In this document: positions 1 to 8,762 of the stretch, one piece after another | Numbering within the stretch: position 1 is the stretch's first letter | Layout: the number at the start of each line of letters is the position of its first letter | Source: Parcubacteria group bacterium Gr01-1014_13 | Lineage (GTDB): Bacteria > Patescibacteriota > Patescibacteriia > Magasanikbacterales > GWA2-37-8 | Length of the DNA stretch: 64,000 bases | Assembly (NCBI GenBank): GCA_007376295.1 | Contig: VMGB01000002.1 | Location: 2,843-66,842 of the forward strand | Direction: 5' to 3' | Made by a program: the position numbers and the translations under genes | Notes under the pieces: generated by a model | What the model saw: the letters and a program-made list of their open reading frames with translations, nothing else | What the model was told of the DNA's origin: nothing | Database searches by the model: none

Positions 1-1447
1 ATCTGACGCCTATTACGCCGACCATTACCACCGCGGCCATCACTACAATCACGCTAAAAGAAAAAGCCAGTTTGTACTGAGGTGTGTTTTCAAGGGTGAA
101 ATGTTTTTCTTTCACCACGTTATGGCCAAGCAGAGATAATCCGGATATTATCATACCCAGTAATAACCACCAGAAAATCCAAAGAGAAACATTATAAAAA
201 TTTGTAACCATACCCACCCACATTACTATCCAGGCAATTACAGTCAAAAATACATCCAAACGGATATTGCTCTTGCTCAAATTAAGACTAAAAGTAATGC
301 CGGAACTGCTCCCTCTAGATTTAAACCAAGTGGTAAACACATGCCCCAAAACGAACAAAAGCATAAACACAAATCCCAAAGCCAACAACAATCCCCCTTC
401 GGATAAAATAGCAAAAAAGGTATTAAGGGGCTGATTAAATCTGAGTGACCATGCGGTTTTATCAAAATTAAAATCAACGGTTCTGAATTTAGAAAAATCA
501 ACGGCAAATGTTCCCAGCCCACTGCCAACCAAAAAATCTTTGGCTCCGGAAAATAAAACATTTTTTGTTATCGACCATGAAGGCTTAGCGCTCAACGAAG
601 TTTCGGCCGGCAAAACCGATTGCAGAGACCGCGGACTGCCAAACATTATAAAGACGCTAGTTACTATCAACAAAGCAAACAAAACCGAAAGCCAGCCCAA
701 TCGGGCATCTTGCAAAAAACTAACTCCCAATAATAAAAGCAGTATCAAGCCTACCAGCATCACCCACCAAAGAAACGCATAACCCATTACCAAGAGCGGC
801 ACTGCCGCTAGTATCATTATAAAAAAATAAAATAAAGCTCTGCTCACGCCAATATTCTTTTTTATCAGCGATCCGGCGGACAGGATAAAAATTATAATCA
901 TCCATAAACTAAAGGAGCTGTTCACGCTATCGACCACATTCCAAGCAAAACCGACAAATGGCAAGTTTAAACCAAAAAGTGTTTTTAAAATAAATAAAGT
1001 AGAAGCCGCTCCTCCCACCAATAATACCGTATCAAAAACTCCGCGCCATCGTTCGGGATTATGAAGCGTATTAACGATAACAAAATAAAATAAAACTAAA
1101 AAAAACAAGAACACAAAATTCAAAATAAAATATTCACCACGACCAAGAAAACTGTCGTACAGATTAACAGAAAACAGAGCGGATACCAAGGCCACCGCTA
1201 AAAATATGAGCAGAGGAATATCAAGTACCGATAACCGATAAGAAATTTTTTTTGCTAAAACAATTTTGACCGCAAAAAGCAACAAACTTAAGAGTAAAAA
1301 ACCTATAAAAACATACTGCTTGGATAATACATGGGGGTTAAATAAATTTTTATCAATAAAAAGAGATGCTAAAATAATATTTAATAGAATAACTCCATAA
1401 GAAGCTAGATCAAAAAATTTAATTAGGCCTTGATTTTGAGTTGACAT
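1..1447 (-). CDS. O-antigen ligase-like (Wzy_C) multi-pass membrane protein, 3' end outside window
   Basis: Manual translation from ATG at 1447 (MSTQNQGLIKFFDL...) is open to the window edge; many TM segments; motifs SFLGRGE, LVGSGLGTF, NTFFAILSEGG. Absent from the ORF track because the stop is outside the window. Confidence 0.7.
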   Translation of the reverse strand, partial: MSTQNQGLIKFFDLASYGVILLNIILASLFIDKNLFNPHVLSKQYVFIGFLLLSLLLFAVKIVLAKKISYRLSVLDIPLLIFLAVALVSALFSVNLYDSFLGRGEYFILNFVFLFFLVLFYFVIVNTLHNPERWRGVFDTVLLVGGAASTLFILKTLFGLNLPFVGFAWNVVDSVNSSFSLWMIIIFILSAGSLIKKNIGVSRALFYFFIMILAAVPLLVMGYAFLWWVMLVGLILLLLLGVSFLQDARLGWLSVLFALLIVTSVFIMFGSPRSLQSVLPAETSLSAKPSWSITKNVLFSGAKDFLVGSGLGTFAVDFSKFRTVDFNFDKTAWSLRFNQPLNTFFAILSEGGLLLALGFVFMLLFVLGHVFTTWFKSRGSSSGITFSLNLSKSNIRLDVFLTVIAWIVMWVGMVTNFYNVSLWIFWWLLLGMIISGLSLLGHNVVKEKHFTLENTPQYKLAFSFSVIVVMAAVVMVGVIGVR

Positions 1448-1542
1448 ATTATTGTTTAAATATTTTAAAGGCAGTGTTTAAATTATACCATGTCTTATAT
1501 TTTCAAGCAAAGTGAACAGAGCAAGTGTTTATACACAGGTTT

Positions 1543-1571
1543 TTGACAATTTTAAATTAATAAATTATAAT
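1543..1571 (+). promoter_or_regulatory. Consensus sigma70 promoter for the LAGLIDADG-like gene
   Basis: TTGACA-17 nt-TATAAT. Confidence 0.75.
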
Positions 1572-1615
1572 GAGTATGTTTCTCAGAGAAACAGAATGTT
1601 TCATAAGAAACTTAT

Positions 1616-1993
1616 GTGTTAGAAACAATTCCGCTCCTACCCCTACCATCATATGACTTCATTGCCGGTCTATTAACTAGTACCGGATCTTTTCTTTGGG
1701 TAAAACAAAAAAACTCAGAGGTACCGGTTTTTCAGCTCAAAATGCAAGCTGGGGATCATGAGCTACTTGAACTTGTCAAATCCAAGTTAAGAATTAAAGA
1801 AAGTATACACCAATATATACATCAAGGCCGTAACTACTCACTTTTGCTCATCAGAAGCAGAAAAACAATTGAAACTATACTTATACCTATCTTTGATGGG
1901 CGGTTATTTGGACAAAAACAGGTTCAATTTGATTTATGGAAAAAGAAATACTTTGAGAAGAAACTTGATTTTGTGTATAAAAAGCATTCTTAA
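1616..1993 (+). CDS. Single-motif LAGLIDADG homing-endonuclease-fold protein, probably nuclease-dead
   Basis: YDFIAGLLTSTGSF matches the LAGLIDADG helix; also FQLKMQAGDHELLELVK, LIPIFD and KQVQFDLWKK. The catalytic acidic position is Thr. Confidence 0.75.
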   Translation: MLETIPLLPLPSYDFIAGLLTSTGSFLWVKQKNSEVPVFQLKMQAGDHELLELVKSKLRIKESIHQYIHQGRNYSLLLIRSRKTIETILIPIFDGRLFGQKQVQFDLWKKKYFEKKLDFVYKKHS

Positions 1994-2002
1994 ATATATA
2001 AA

Positions 2003-2018
2003 TGTTCCGTGTGAAACA
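2003..2018. promoter_or_regulatory. parS-like site
   Basis: TGTTCCGTGTGAAACA, 2 mismatches to TGTTNCACGTGAAACA; related palindromes at 1577-1593 and 1597-1612. Confidence 0.5.
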
Positions 2019-2183
2019 TTTATCTCAAAAAATGCCTTATACACTGGATAAATTGAGTTATTTGTATACTCTAGTCTATACAATTGTGCACTTAACCACC
2101 CATTTATACACAGAGTTATCCACTTTTATAAACACCCAGACAAAAATAAAAGGAGCGTTTTTGCGCTCCAGAATAAACAACTA

Positions 2184-2489
2184 TTACTCGTCAGGTACGT
2201 AATCCTTAGGCTTCTCAGAAAAAAGTTTCATAGAAGCAATGGCGTGGGTTTGATCGCTTAGATCTTCACCTGTTACAGCGTCAAATGGTCCCTCCGCAAC
2301 ATCTAACCAAACCTTGCCTTCACTAACAGCTACTACTTCATCCTTCTCATAAAGGCCGCGTATAGCAACCCAAACGGTTTGCCCCTTCTTAAATACAGGC
2401 TTTGCACTAGGTTTTGGCTTATTATTAGCCTTTTTCTTGCTTTTCGCCATTTTTACTTTAACCATCCCTTCTCTTTCATTGCCTTGCAT
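2184..2489 (-). CDS. Hypothetical protein (basic N-terminus, possible SH3-like barrel)
   Basis: Last gene of a 3-gene operon; real start probably downstream (MVKVKMAKSKK). Confidence 0.55.
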   Translation of the reverse strand: MQGNEREGMVKVKMAKSKKKANNKPKPSAKPVFKKGQTVWVAIRGLYEKDEVVAVSEGKVWLDVAEGPFDAVTGEDLSDQTHAIASMKLFSEKPKDYVPDE

Positions 2490-2692
2490 TCACCGCAACA
2501 ATCCTTAATCTCGGTAGTGAAGTCACTTTCCGAAATTTTGGTAGTCAAGGCATAGCAATGCTTACAATAGTAACACATGGCAGTCCCGGCGGGCAGACTA
2601 CTACTATCTATCATCTTAGGTTCATTTTCGTCACGCCTCTTCTTAAAGGCTTCTACAGCAAGCCTCTGTTCTTTTGATACAGTTTCTTTCAT
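2453..2692 (-). CDS. Hypothetical Zn-finger-like protein
   Basis: CKHC...CGEC; AAGGAG SD; start overlaps the upstream stop. Confidence 0.65.
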   Translation of the reverse strand: MKETVSKEQRLAVEAFKKRRDENEPKMIDSSSLPAGTAMCYYCKHCYALTTKISESDFTTEIKDCCGECKAMKEKGWLK

Positions 2693-3147
2693 TACGGACT
2701 CCTTTTTGGTTCAGAGATCTGGTATAGACGCTCTGATTGGTTGCAACAGACAACTTGACCTTCCACCCATGTTCCTGCCATATACGAGGTATTAGCCAAA
2801 TCATTAAGGTGCCGGTGCCGCGTACAATCACCCTTCATTTCAGACGGACAACAGGCACAAAGATCTTTAACTTCGGCATTAAAAAGTTGCGGCTGAAGAT
2901 TACCAATCGTAGGCTTCGTGGGATCAAACTCTTCACCACGATGACTGAAAATCCGAAGCTTTTGGTATGAGAAACACGTTTTGATGATATGTTCTTGCCG
3001 TACGCCAGGTGTCTTGAATTCACCAATTAAATCAGAAGCCATATGATAGGCACAACCTAATTCATTTCTGCAACTTTTGCAGAGTGACTGAATCTTATGC
3101 TCCTTAAGCGATTTAATATTCTGACATGTTTCTTCTGAATTTGACAT
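2692..3147 (-). CDS. Hypothetical Cys-rich protein with internal duplication (LCxxC...C...C twice)
   Basis: AGGAGG SD; TTGACA promoter at about 3175-3202 on the minus strand. Confidence 0.65.
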   Translation of the reverse strand: MSNSEETCQNIKSLKEHKIQSLCKSCRNELGCAYHMASDLIGEFKTPGVRQEHIIKTCFSYQKLRIFSHRGEEFDPTKPTIGNLQPQLFNAEVKDLCACCPSEMKGDCTRHRHLNDLANTSYMAGTWVEGQVVCCNQSERLYQISEPKRSP

Positions 3148-3245
3148 GTTGACCTCCTAAAGGTGTTGAAGGCAAATATAACGAAAAGGTGACGGCGTGT
3201 CAAGCGCTTGCCAACAGATAAATTTTGAGTTAAAATGCCCACATT

Positions 3246-3317
3246 GCCCCTGTCGTTCAGTGGATAGGACAAGGGTTTCCTAAACCTTAAACCCAGGTTC
3301 GACTCCTGGTGGGGGCA
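3246..3317 (+). tRNA. tRNA-Arg(CCT)
   Basis: Cloverleaf, anticodon loop TTCCTAA, T-loop GGTTCGACTCC. Confidence 0.93.
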
Positions 3318-3330
3318 CAGAAGGTCAACT

Positions 3331-3401
3331 GGGCCTATGGTCTAGTGGCATGACGTAGCATTCGCATTGCTGAAACGCGAGTTCGATTCTCGCTAGGTCC
3401 A
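3331..3401 (+). tRNA. tRNA-Ala(CGC)
   Basis: Cloverleaf, anticodon loop TTCGCAT, G3:U70 Ala identity pair. Confidence 0.92.
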
Positions 3402-3407
3402 CAAAAT

Positions 3408-3626
3408 ATGTTTTCATTACAACCACAATTCTTCGATATATTTGGAGCCATCGCTTTTGTTTTTATCATCTACTTTTCTATACGAGGATTGTTTGACAGA
3501 CAAATTTTGTGGGGACTATTTGGCAAGAAAATTCCTAACTGGATGCTAATTACCCTTTTATCAATAGGACTCTTGGGATTAATCATAGATAGTATAATGG
3601 TTTACACGTTTTATCTAAAATACTAA
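3408..3626 (+). CDS. Small two-TM membrane protein
   Basis: Two hydrophobic helices. Confidence 0.6.
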   Translation: MFSLQPQFFDIFGAIAFVFIIYFSIRGLFDRQILWGLFGKKIPNWMLITLLSIGLLGLIIDSIMVYTFYLKY

Positions 3627-3702
3627 GGTATTTTCTTCGTTCACTCGAGAAAGAAAATTTATTTTCTTTCTCCTCATTCAACTTGAAAATAATTTTTACC
3701 GT

Positions 3703-4788
3703 ATGCAAACTCTCATCATCATTTCTCTATTGCTCCTGCTATTTACCTCTCTAGTAATCGCTTTTTTGCTTTTTAAAAAAATAAATGAATCACAAAAACC
3801 AAAGGAAGGCGAACAGAATCTTTTTTTGATGCTGCAAAATCAAATTCAAGATTTAAATAGATTAGTAGAACAAAAAATTACTGACACTCACAAGGTAATG
3901 ACTGAAACGCAAACTAATTTAAACAAAACAATCCAAACGCAATTCGGCCAGAGCATGAAAATAATTACCGATGTTACGGAACAGTTAACTAAATTAGACG
4001 AAACAAACCGTCAAGTAATTAATTTCACGGATCAATTGCAAAGTTTGCAAGATATTTTAAAAAATCCGAAGCAACGCGGAATTTTAGGAGAATATTATCT
4101 GGAAACATTATTAAAAAATGTTTTGGCTCCAAGCCAATATCAAATGCAATACGGATTTAACAATGGCGAAATAGTTGACGCAGTGGTTTTTGTTAAAGAC
4201 AAAATCATACCAGTTGACTCCAAATTCAGTCTGGAGAATTATAACCGCATGATTGAAACAAATGAGCCTGCCGAAAAAATCAGATTAGAAAAACTTTTTG
4301 TAAATGATTTAAAATTGCGTATTAGCGAAACGGCAAAATATATTAGACCCGAAGAAGGGACAATGGAATTTGCTTTTATGTTTATTCCTCACGAAGCTAT
4401 CTACTATGATTTACTGATTAATAAAATCGGCGCTATTACCGAAGATACAGAAAATTTAATCCAACGGGCAGCAGGGAAGTATAAAGTAATAATTGTTTCA
4501 CCAACATCATTTCTCGCTTATTTGCAAACTGTCCTACAGGGTCTAAAGGCAATGCAGATAGAAGAAACAACTAAAGATATTATAAGACGTGTCGGGGAAA
4601 TAGGCACACACTTAAAAAAATACGAGGAATACCATGGCAAGCTAGGCAATTCTCTTGGTACGGTTGTCAGCCATTTCAATAACTCAAGCAAAGAATTCAA
4701 AAAGATAGACAAGGACGTTGTGCGTATTACCGGCGCCTCGGCCGGTTTTGAGACTACTTTGATAGACAAGCCAGACTTGGAAGAATAG
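3703..4788 (+). CDS. rmuC: DNA recombination protein RmuC
   Basis: N-terminal TM and coiled coil; KQRGILGE, PVDSKF, FAFMFIPHE, IVSPTS motifs. Confidence 0.92.
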   Translation: MQTLIIISLLLLLFTSLVIAFLLFKKINESQKPKEGEQNLFLMLQNQIQDLNRLVEQKITDTHKVMTETQTNLNKTIQTQFGQSMKIITDVTEQLTKLDETNRQVINFTDQLQSLQDILKNPKQRGILGEYYLETLLKNVLAPSQYQMQYGFNNGEIVDAVVFVKDKIIPVDSKFSLENYNRMIETNEPAEKIRLEKLFVNDLKLRISETAKYIRPEEGTMEFAFMFIPHEAIYYDLLINKIGAITEDTENLIQRAAGKYKVIIVSPTSFLAYLQTVLQGLKAMQIEETTKDIIRRVGEIGTHLKKYEEYHGKLGNSLGTVVSHFNNSSKEFKKIDKDVVRITGASAGFETTLIDKPDLEE

Positions 4789-4852
4789 ATCCCCTTGACA
4801 TATATCTAAAATATAGCTATAATATATATGTTAAATCATTCATTTAAATAAT

Positions 4853-5128
4853 ATGGTAACACAAGTAATCTTCAAAATCGATAAAAAACTCAAAGATAAA
4901 GCTATGGCCAAGGCGCAAAACGAGGGTATTGCTTTTGCTTCAGTTCTTAAATTAGCCACTAAAGCATTTGTGGATGGAGATTTTAATATCGGCCTCATTA
5001 ATAGAGAGCTTAGTCCGCGAACAAAAAAAATGCTTGCTCGTGAAATTAAAGATATAAAGGCCGGTAAAAACATGTCGCCAGCATTTAACAATGCAAAGGA
5101 TGCCATTGCTTATCTTAGGGGATTGTAA
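4853..5128 (+). CDS. RelB/DinJ-like antitoxin
   Basis: RHH-like N-terminus, C-terminal SPAFNNAKDAIAYL; upstream of toxin; TTGACA-17-TATAAT promoter at about 4795-4823. Confidence 0.75.
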   Translation: MVTQVIFKIDKKLKDKAMAKAQNEGIAFASVLKLATKAFVDGDFNIGLINRELSPRTKKMLAREIKDIKAGKNMSPAFNNAKDAIAYLRGL

Positions 5129-5131
5129 TTC

Positions 5132-5386
5132 ATGAAAATCGTCTACAAAAAACGGTTTGAAAAAAATTTCAAAAAACTTCCGCCAAATGTCGGGGAACAG
5201 TTTTATCAACGGTTAAACTTATTTTTGCAGGATAAATTTGATAAAACACTTAACAACCATTCGGTATATAAAGTTTTTCCTAATTGCAGAAGTATTAATG
5301 TAAATGGTGATTACCGGGTAATTTTTGAAGATCATGGAGACTTGATTGTATTTATCACTATAGACACTCATTCAAATCTTTACTAA
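5132..5386 (+). CDS. RelE/YafQ-family toxin
   Basis: MKIVYKKRFEKNFKKL...RSINVNGDYRVIF...IDTHSNLY. Confidence 0.85.
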   Translation: MKIVYKKRFEKNFKKLPPNVGEQFYQRLNLFLQDKFDKTLNNHSVYKVFPNCRSINVNGDYRVIFEDHGDLIVFITIDTHSNLY

Positions 5387-5483
5387 CCTTGCCCTTGACT
5401 TTTCTACTTATATATAGTACTCTTATTTCCAGTTAACAAACTTCACTCTCATTTTTGTTGACCTTTAATCGTTAATTTACACT

Positions 5484-5729
5484 ATGCCTAATATACAAAG
5501 CGCCAGAAAAGAACTTCGTAAAGCAAAAAAGCGCGCCGCTCTAAACAAGCTACGCCGCGAAAATTTTAAAGATTCTATCAAAAAGGCAATAAAAACACCT
5601 AGTGCTGACACTATCAAAGCTGCTCAAAAAGCTTTAGACAAGGCAGCAAAAGCCGGTGTAATAAAAAAGAATACGGCTTCCCGTAGACTTTCCCGCCTGA
5701 TGAAGAAACTAGCAAAAACAACAAAATAA
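5484..5729 (+). CDS. rpsT: 30S ribosomal protein S20
   Basis: MPNIQSARK...LDKAAKAGVIKKNTASRRLSRL. Confidence 0.96.
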   Translation: MPNIQSARKELRKAKKRAALNKLRRENFKDSIKKAIKTPSADTIKAAQKALDKAAKAGVIKKNTASRRLSRLMKKLAKTTK

Positions 5730-5740
5730 ATTAAAAATTT

Positions 5741-5926
5741 ATGAAAACTGTTAAGTGCGACTTATGCGAAGTAACTGTGGAAGGTGAGACTTTCGAAGAC
5801 TGGATGAACGCTCTTAAACCACACTATTTCGAAGCTCATGCGGACGTAATGAAGGATTCCACTAAAACTAAAGAAGATATGGAGAAGTGGATGGTAGAAA
5901 ATAAGGCGAGATTTGAAGCTGCTTAA
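5741..5926 (+). CDS. Small metal-binding protein (DUF1059-like)
   Basis: CDLC...H...AH pattern. Confidence 0.55.
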   Translation: MKTVKCDLCEVTVEGETFEDWMNALKPHYFEAHADVMKDSTKTKEDMEKWMVENKARFEAA

Positions 5927-6882
5927 GCTAGCTTCCCTACAAACAAATCAATCAGCAAAGACTGGTCCGCAAGACCGGTCTTTGTTTTTATATCAATTTC
6001 GAGTAACTGGTTATATATATCTTTTAATTTATCTAAAGAATATTTTTTTATAAACGGCAAACTTTTTTTCACCACAAACGGATGCAGATCCAACATTTTG
6101 GCCATGGTGTCACTAGTAATATTTTCCTGGCGATTAAATAAATCGCGCATGGAAATTAATATTCTAAATTGTCGCAGTGCCATTCCAAAAATCAAACCGT
6201 CTTCTTCACCCAAACGCCGCTGTTCTTCTATAAGCTTAAAAGCTAATTTGCGATTACCAACTACAATTGCATCCACCATGTTAAAAATATTGTCATCAAC
6301 TTTTTCTTCCAAAAAAAGTTGCACATCAGCCAAAGAAATTTCTTTTCCTTCGGCATAGGCTATCAGTTGATCAATTAATGAATCCGCATACCAAATATCT
6401 TTACCAACATTTTGCGTTAGATACGCTATAGCAGCCGGATTTATACTTCCTCCGCGCTGCTCTGCTTCAGTTTTTATCCAACCACTCAATTGCGCGCCAA
6501 CTAAATTAATAAATTCTTTGGCCCATTTTTCTTTGGCCAATAATTTTTGTAGTTCTTGAACCAATTTGGATTTACCCATTGATTCACTTTGATAAAATAC
6601 CACGATATTTTTTTCTGGAATCTTTTTTATTCCTTCTACCAATGATTCTAATACATCTGTATCTTTGGTAGACAAAATATTTTGTACCACAATCATTTTT
6701 TTCTCTGCTAAAAATGGCGTGGCCGTAATTTCATTCCAAAGCTGACTACTTTCTACTTTTTGGCCATCTAAAAAAACTACGTTCATCCCTTGAGGATCAC
6801 GTTCTTTTTTAAAGCGTTCTACGTTTTGACTCAAAAAATCCCGGCTTCGAAATGTGTCTTCGCCGTATATATAGATGATCAT
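5923..6882 (-). CDS. holA: DNA polymerase III delta subunit
   Basis: IYIYGED, TPFLAEKKMIVV, NIFNMVDA, HPFVVKK, DIKTKTG. Confidence 0.93.
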   Translation of the reverse strand: MIIYIYGEDTFRSRDFLSQNVERFKKERDPQGMNVVFLDGQKVESSQLWNEITATPFLAEKKMIVVQNILSTKDTDVLESLVEGIKKIPEKNIVVFYQSESMGKSKLVQELQKLLAKEKWAKEFINLVGAQLSGWIKTEAEQRGGSINPAAIAYLTQNVGKDIWYADSLIDQLIAYAEGKEISLADVQLFLEEKVDDNIFNMVDAIVVGNRKLAFKLIEEQRRLGEEDGLIFGMALRQFRILISMRDLFNRQENITSDTMAKMLDLHPFVVKKSLPFIKKYSLDKLKDIYNQLLEIDIKTKTGLADQSLLIDLFVGKLA

Positions 6883-7901
6883 ACTAATGCTCTTTTAATC
6901 ATAAATTCCACTTCCGAATTTGTATTAATATATGTTATTTTTTTATCCGGATGAGAATTTTGATAAGCTCTAAAAATCTCATCAACAAATCCTTGACCCA
7001 CCATCTCTACTCTATCGAAATCCAAAACGATTTCTTTAAACTCATTCAAACCGGCTAACAAACGTCTGGCTTGCGAGCGAGAAATAAAACTGGTATCCAA
7101 GGTATAAAGTTTCACTTTTATTTCGGTCTTGGTAAAACCATGCTCTACTCCGGCAAAATGCGCAAAAATATTTGCCAATTTCTTATTTGTATTTATGTTA
7201 ATCTTAAAAAAAACTTTCGTGCCTCGTTTGTGGCGATGCGGACGGACAAAAATATCATTGATTATATTTTCTATAATCAATTCCGTTTTTTCACTGGCCA
7301 AAGAAAAGACGTCGGCAGCTTTGGAAGTAAAGAAAATACCTTCGCCGGAATGAAACTCGCGCGCCGTAGTTTGTTTGCCTTTAAGCAGATCCTGTATGGC
7401 CTCATGTTCATTTTTCAAATGGCGGCTTCTCATGATTTTGTTAAATATGCCCACGCCAAAATCATCTACAACAAACTCTATGGCATTTTCCGCCTTCTTA
7501 AATTCCACAATAATTTGCCGCGAACCGGAGTGATCAATGGCATTATTCAACATTTCCGTAAAAGCGTATTCCAAAATATTGACCGTTTGTTCAGGAATGT
7601 CTTTAAAAAAATCGGAATTGTATTTTATATCTTTAAAAACTTCATCCTCGTTCAAATCTTTATTTTGCAATTGCTTGCGCCAAACCAACCCTTCCAATCG
7701 AAAAGCTTCTTCGGTATAAGCGATATAACGCACCTGATTTGTTCGGCCAAGGCGCATTATTTTTTTTTGATTAATAACCTCTCTTAAAATTCGGTTAACA
7801 TAGGCTCTGCTAAAACCAGTTAAACCAACCAAATCGGCTATGCTAGCCTCTTTTTTGGTGTTTATAAATTTTATTATTTTTTCTTTAATACCTGGCGCCA
7901 T
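6879..7901 (-). CDS. HTH + histidine-kinase-like ATPase + STAS-like (DUF4325) protein
   Basis: N-terminal wHTH; EMLNNAIDHS, DDFGVGI, HSGEGIFFTS; C-terminal SRSQARRL...LDF...GQGFVDEIF. Confidence 0.85.
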   Translation of the reverse strand: MAPGIKEKIIKFINTKKEASIADLVGLTGFSRAYVNRILREVINQKKIMRLGRTNQVRYIAYTEEAFRLEGLVWRKQLQNKDLNEDEVFKDIKYNSDFFKDIPEQTVNILEYAFTEMLNNAIDHSGSRQIIVEFKKAENAIEFVVDDFGVGIFNKIMRSRHLKNEHEAIQDLLKGKQTTAREFHSGEGIFFTSKAADVFSLASEKTELIIENIINDIFVRPHRHKRGTKVFFKININTNKKLANIFAHFAGVEHGFTKTEIKVKLYTLDTSFISRSQARRLLAGLNEFKEIVLDFDRVEMVGQGFVDEIFRAYQNSHPDKKITYINTNSEVEFMIKRALV

Positions 7902-7936
7902 AAGGCAAATTTTTAAATAAGGGATTTAATGCCTTT

Positions 7937-8032
7937 ATTATAACATAATTACATAAACTTGTCAACTAGTTATTAAAACTTGTATACTAACTTATCAACT
8001 AAATTTATTAACTTGTATACTAACTTAGATAC
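7937..8032 (-). promoter_or_regulatory. Consensus promoter with tandem direct-repeat operator array
   Basis: TTGACA-17-TATAAT (7965-7937); five AACTT(G/A)TnnACT-like units at 7956, 7977, 7989, 8010 and 8022 (last one degenerate). Confidence 0.7.
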
Positions 8033-8129
8033 AAAGGGTGGTTAGGGCGGCATAAGCAAACGGACCCTTTTTGAATATTTACAAAATCAAACTAACAATA
8101 TAATATATTTCTACCCCAAAAGGAGCCAA

Positions 8130-8393
8130 ATGTCCCAGGCACCAAAACCACCAAACCCATTTGACCCAGTGGAAGAAACAAAAAAACCTCGTAGCCAGCC
8201 TGATCAATCTGAGGAAACCCAAATCTCCAATATGGTGAATGAGGGTGGACATGAACCATCTGATTCTGAAACAGTGGTTCAAAGGGCGTTAGAAACCTTC
8301 AAAAGACTAAACGAAGGTGGTCCAGCCCCCAACCTTGTCATCGAGACAGATGGCAACCATAGCTCTGCCAGATGGGAAACTCCCAAGAAGTAG
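8130..8393 (+). CDS. Hypothetical disordered protein
   Basis: AAGGAG SD; NEGG motif twice. Confidence 0.6.
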   Translation: MSQAPKPPNPFDPVEETKKPRSQPDQSEETQISNMVNEGGHEPSDSETVVQRALETFKRLNEGGPAPNLVIETDGNHSSARWETPKK

Positions 8394-8497
8394 CCACAAA
8401 ACTATTGACAAAAACCAAGAAATAGGGTATTATAAGCCCTGCCTAACGATCGCTCGTCTAGGCCTACGGCAACTTTGCCGGGAGAACAGGAGGCAAC

Positions 8498-8575
8498 GTG
8501 AACAGTATCCGCGGACCGACGAACATCAACCATGCCAATCATAACGCGAACTCGATCTCGTTCAATCTCGGCTAG
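8498..8575 (+). CDS. Candidate 25-aa Asn-rich peptide MNSIRGPTNINHANHNANSISFNLG
   Basis: TTGACA-17-TATTAT promoter 8405-8433; AGGAGG 4 nt before GTG; downstream terminator. Confidence 0.5.
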   Translation: MNSIRGPTNINHANHNANSISFNLG

Positions 8576-8654
8576 CTCGACCTCGTCGACGCCGGCTCCG
8601 GCCTTGGCACAATTCCTCATTCTGAGGAGCTGAGCGCCACGGCCCCCAACCCCA

Positions 8655-8700
8655 GGAGGGTGACAAAGTGTCTTCGGACACCGCGTCGCCCTCCTCTTTT
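8655..8700 (+). terminator. Intrinsic terminator with UUCG-capped inner stem
   Basis: GGAGGGTGAC...GTGTC-TTCG-GACAC...GTCGCCCTCC followed by a T run. Confidence 0.8.
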
Positions 8701-8737
8701 ATTTCACGCTACTTGCGTGCTTTTTTTATTATGCTAC

Positions 8738-8752
8738 ACTACACTGTGTAGT
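8738..8752. promoter_or_regulatory. BlaI/CopY-type operator 1
   Basis: ACTACAC-T-GTGTAGT palindrome overlapping the -10 upstream of the BlaI-family gene. Confidence 0.8.
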
Positions 8753-8762
8753 ATTTATTTTT

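Noticed and set aside
1801-1822. Extra copy of the 22-bp palindrome inside the LAGLIDADG gene
   Set aside because: Six mismatches to the perfect site in AT-rich coding DNA; could be chance.
3246-3401. Prophage or integrative element at the tRNAs
   Set aside because: No integrase, transposase or duplicated tRNA 3' end was found in the window.
7071-7787. 238-aa plus-strand ORF and similar long antisense ORFs across the track
   Set aside because: Shadows of well-supported genes on the opposite strand, with no motifs.
7956-8032. CRISPR array
   Set aside because: Short adjacent repeats without unique spacers; no cas genes or arrays were seen anywhere in the window.
8498-8575. AAC/AAT-rich stretch as the DGR template repeat for the 13.2 kb gene
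   Set aside because: Non-adenine positions do not align with the putative VR, and there is no RT nearby.
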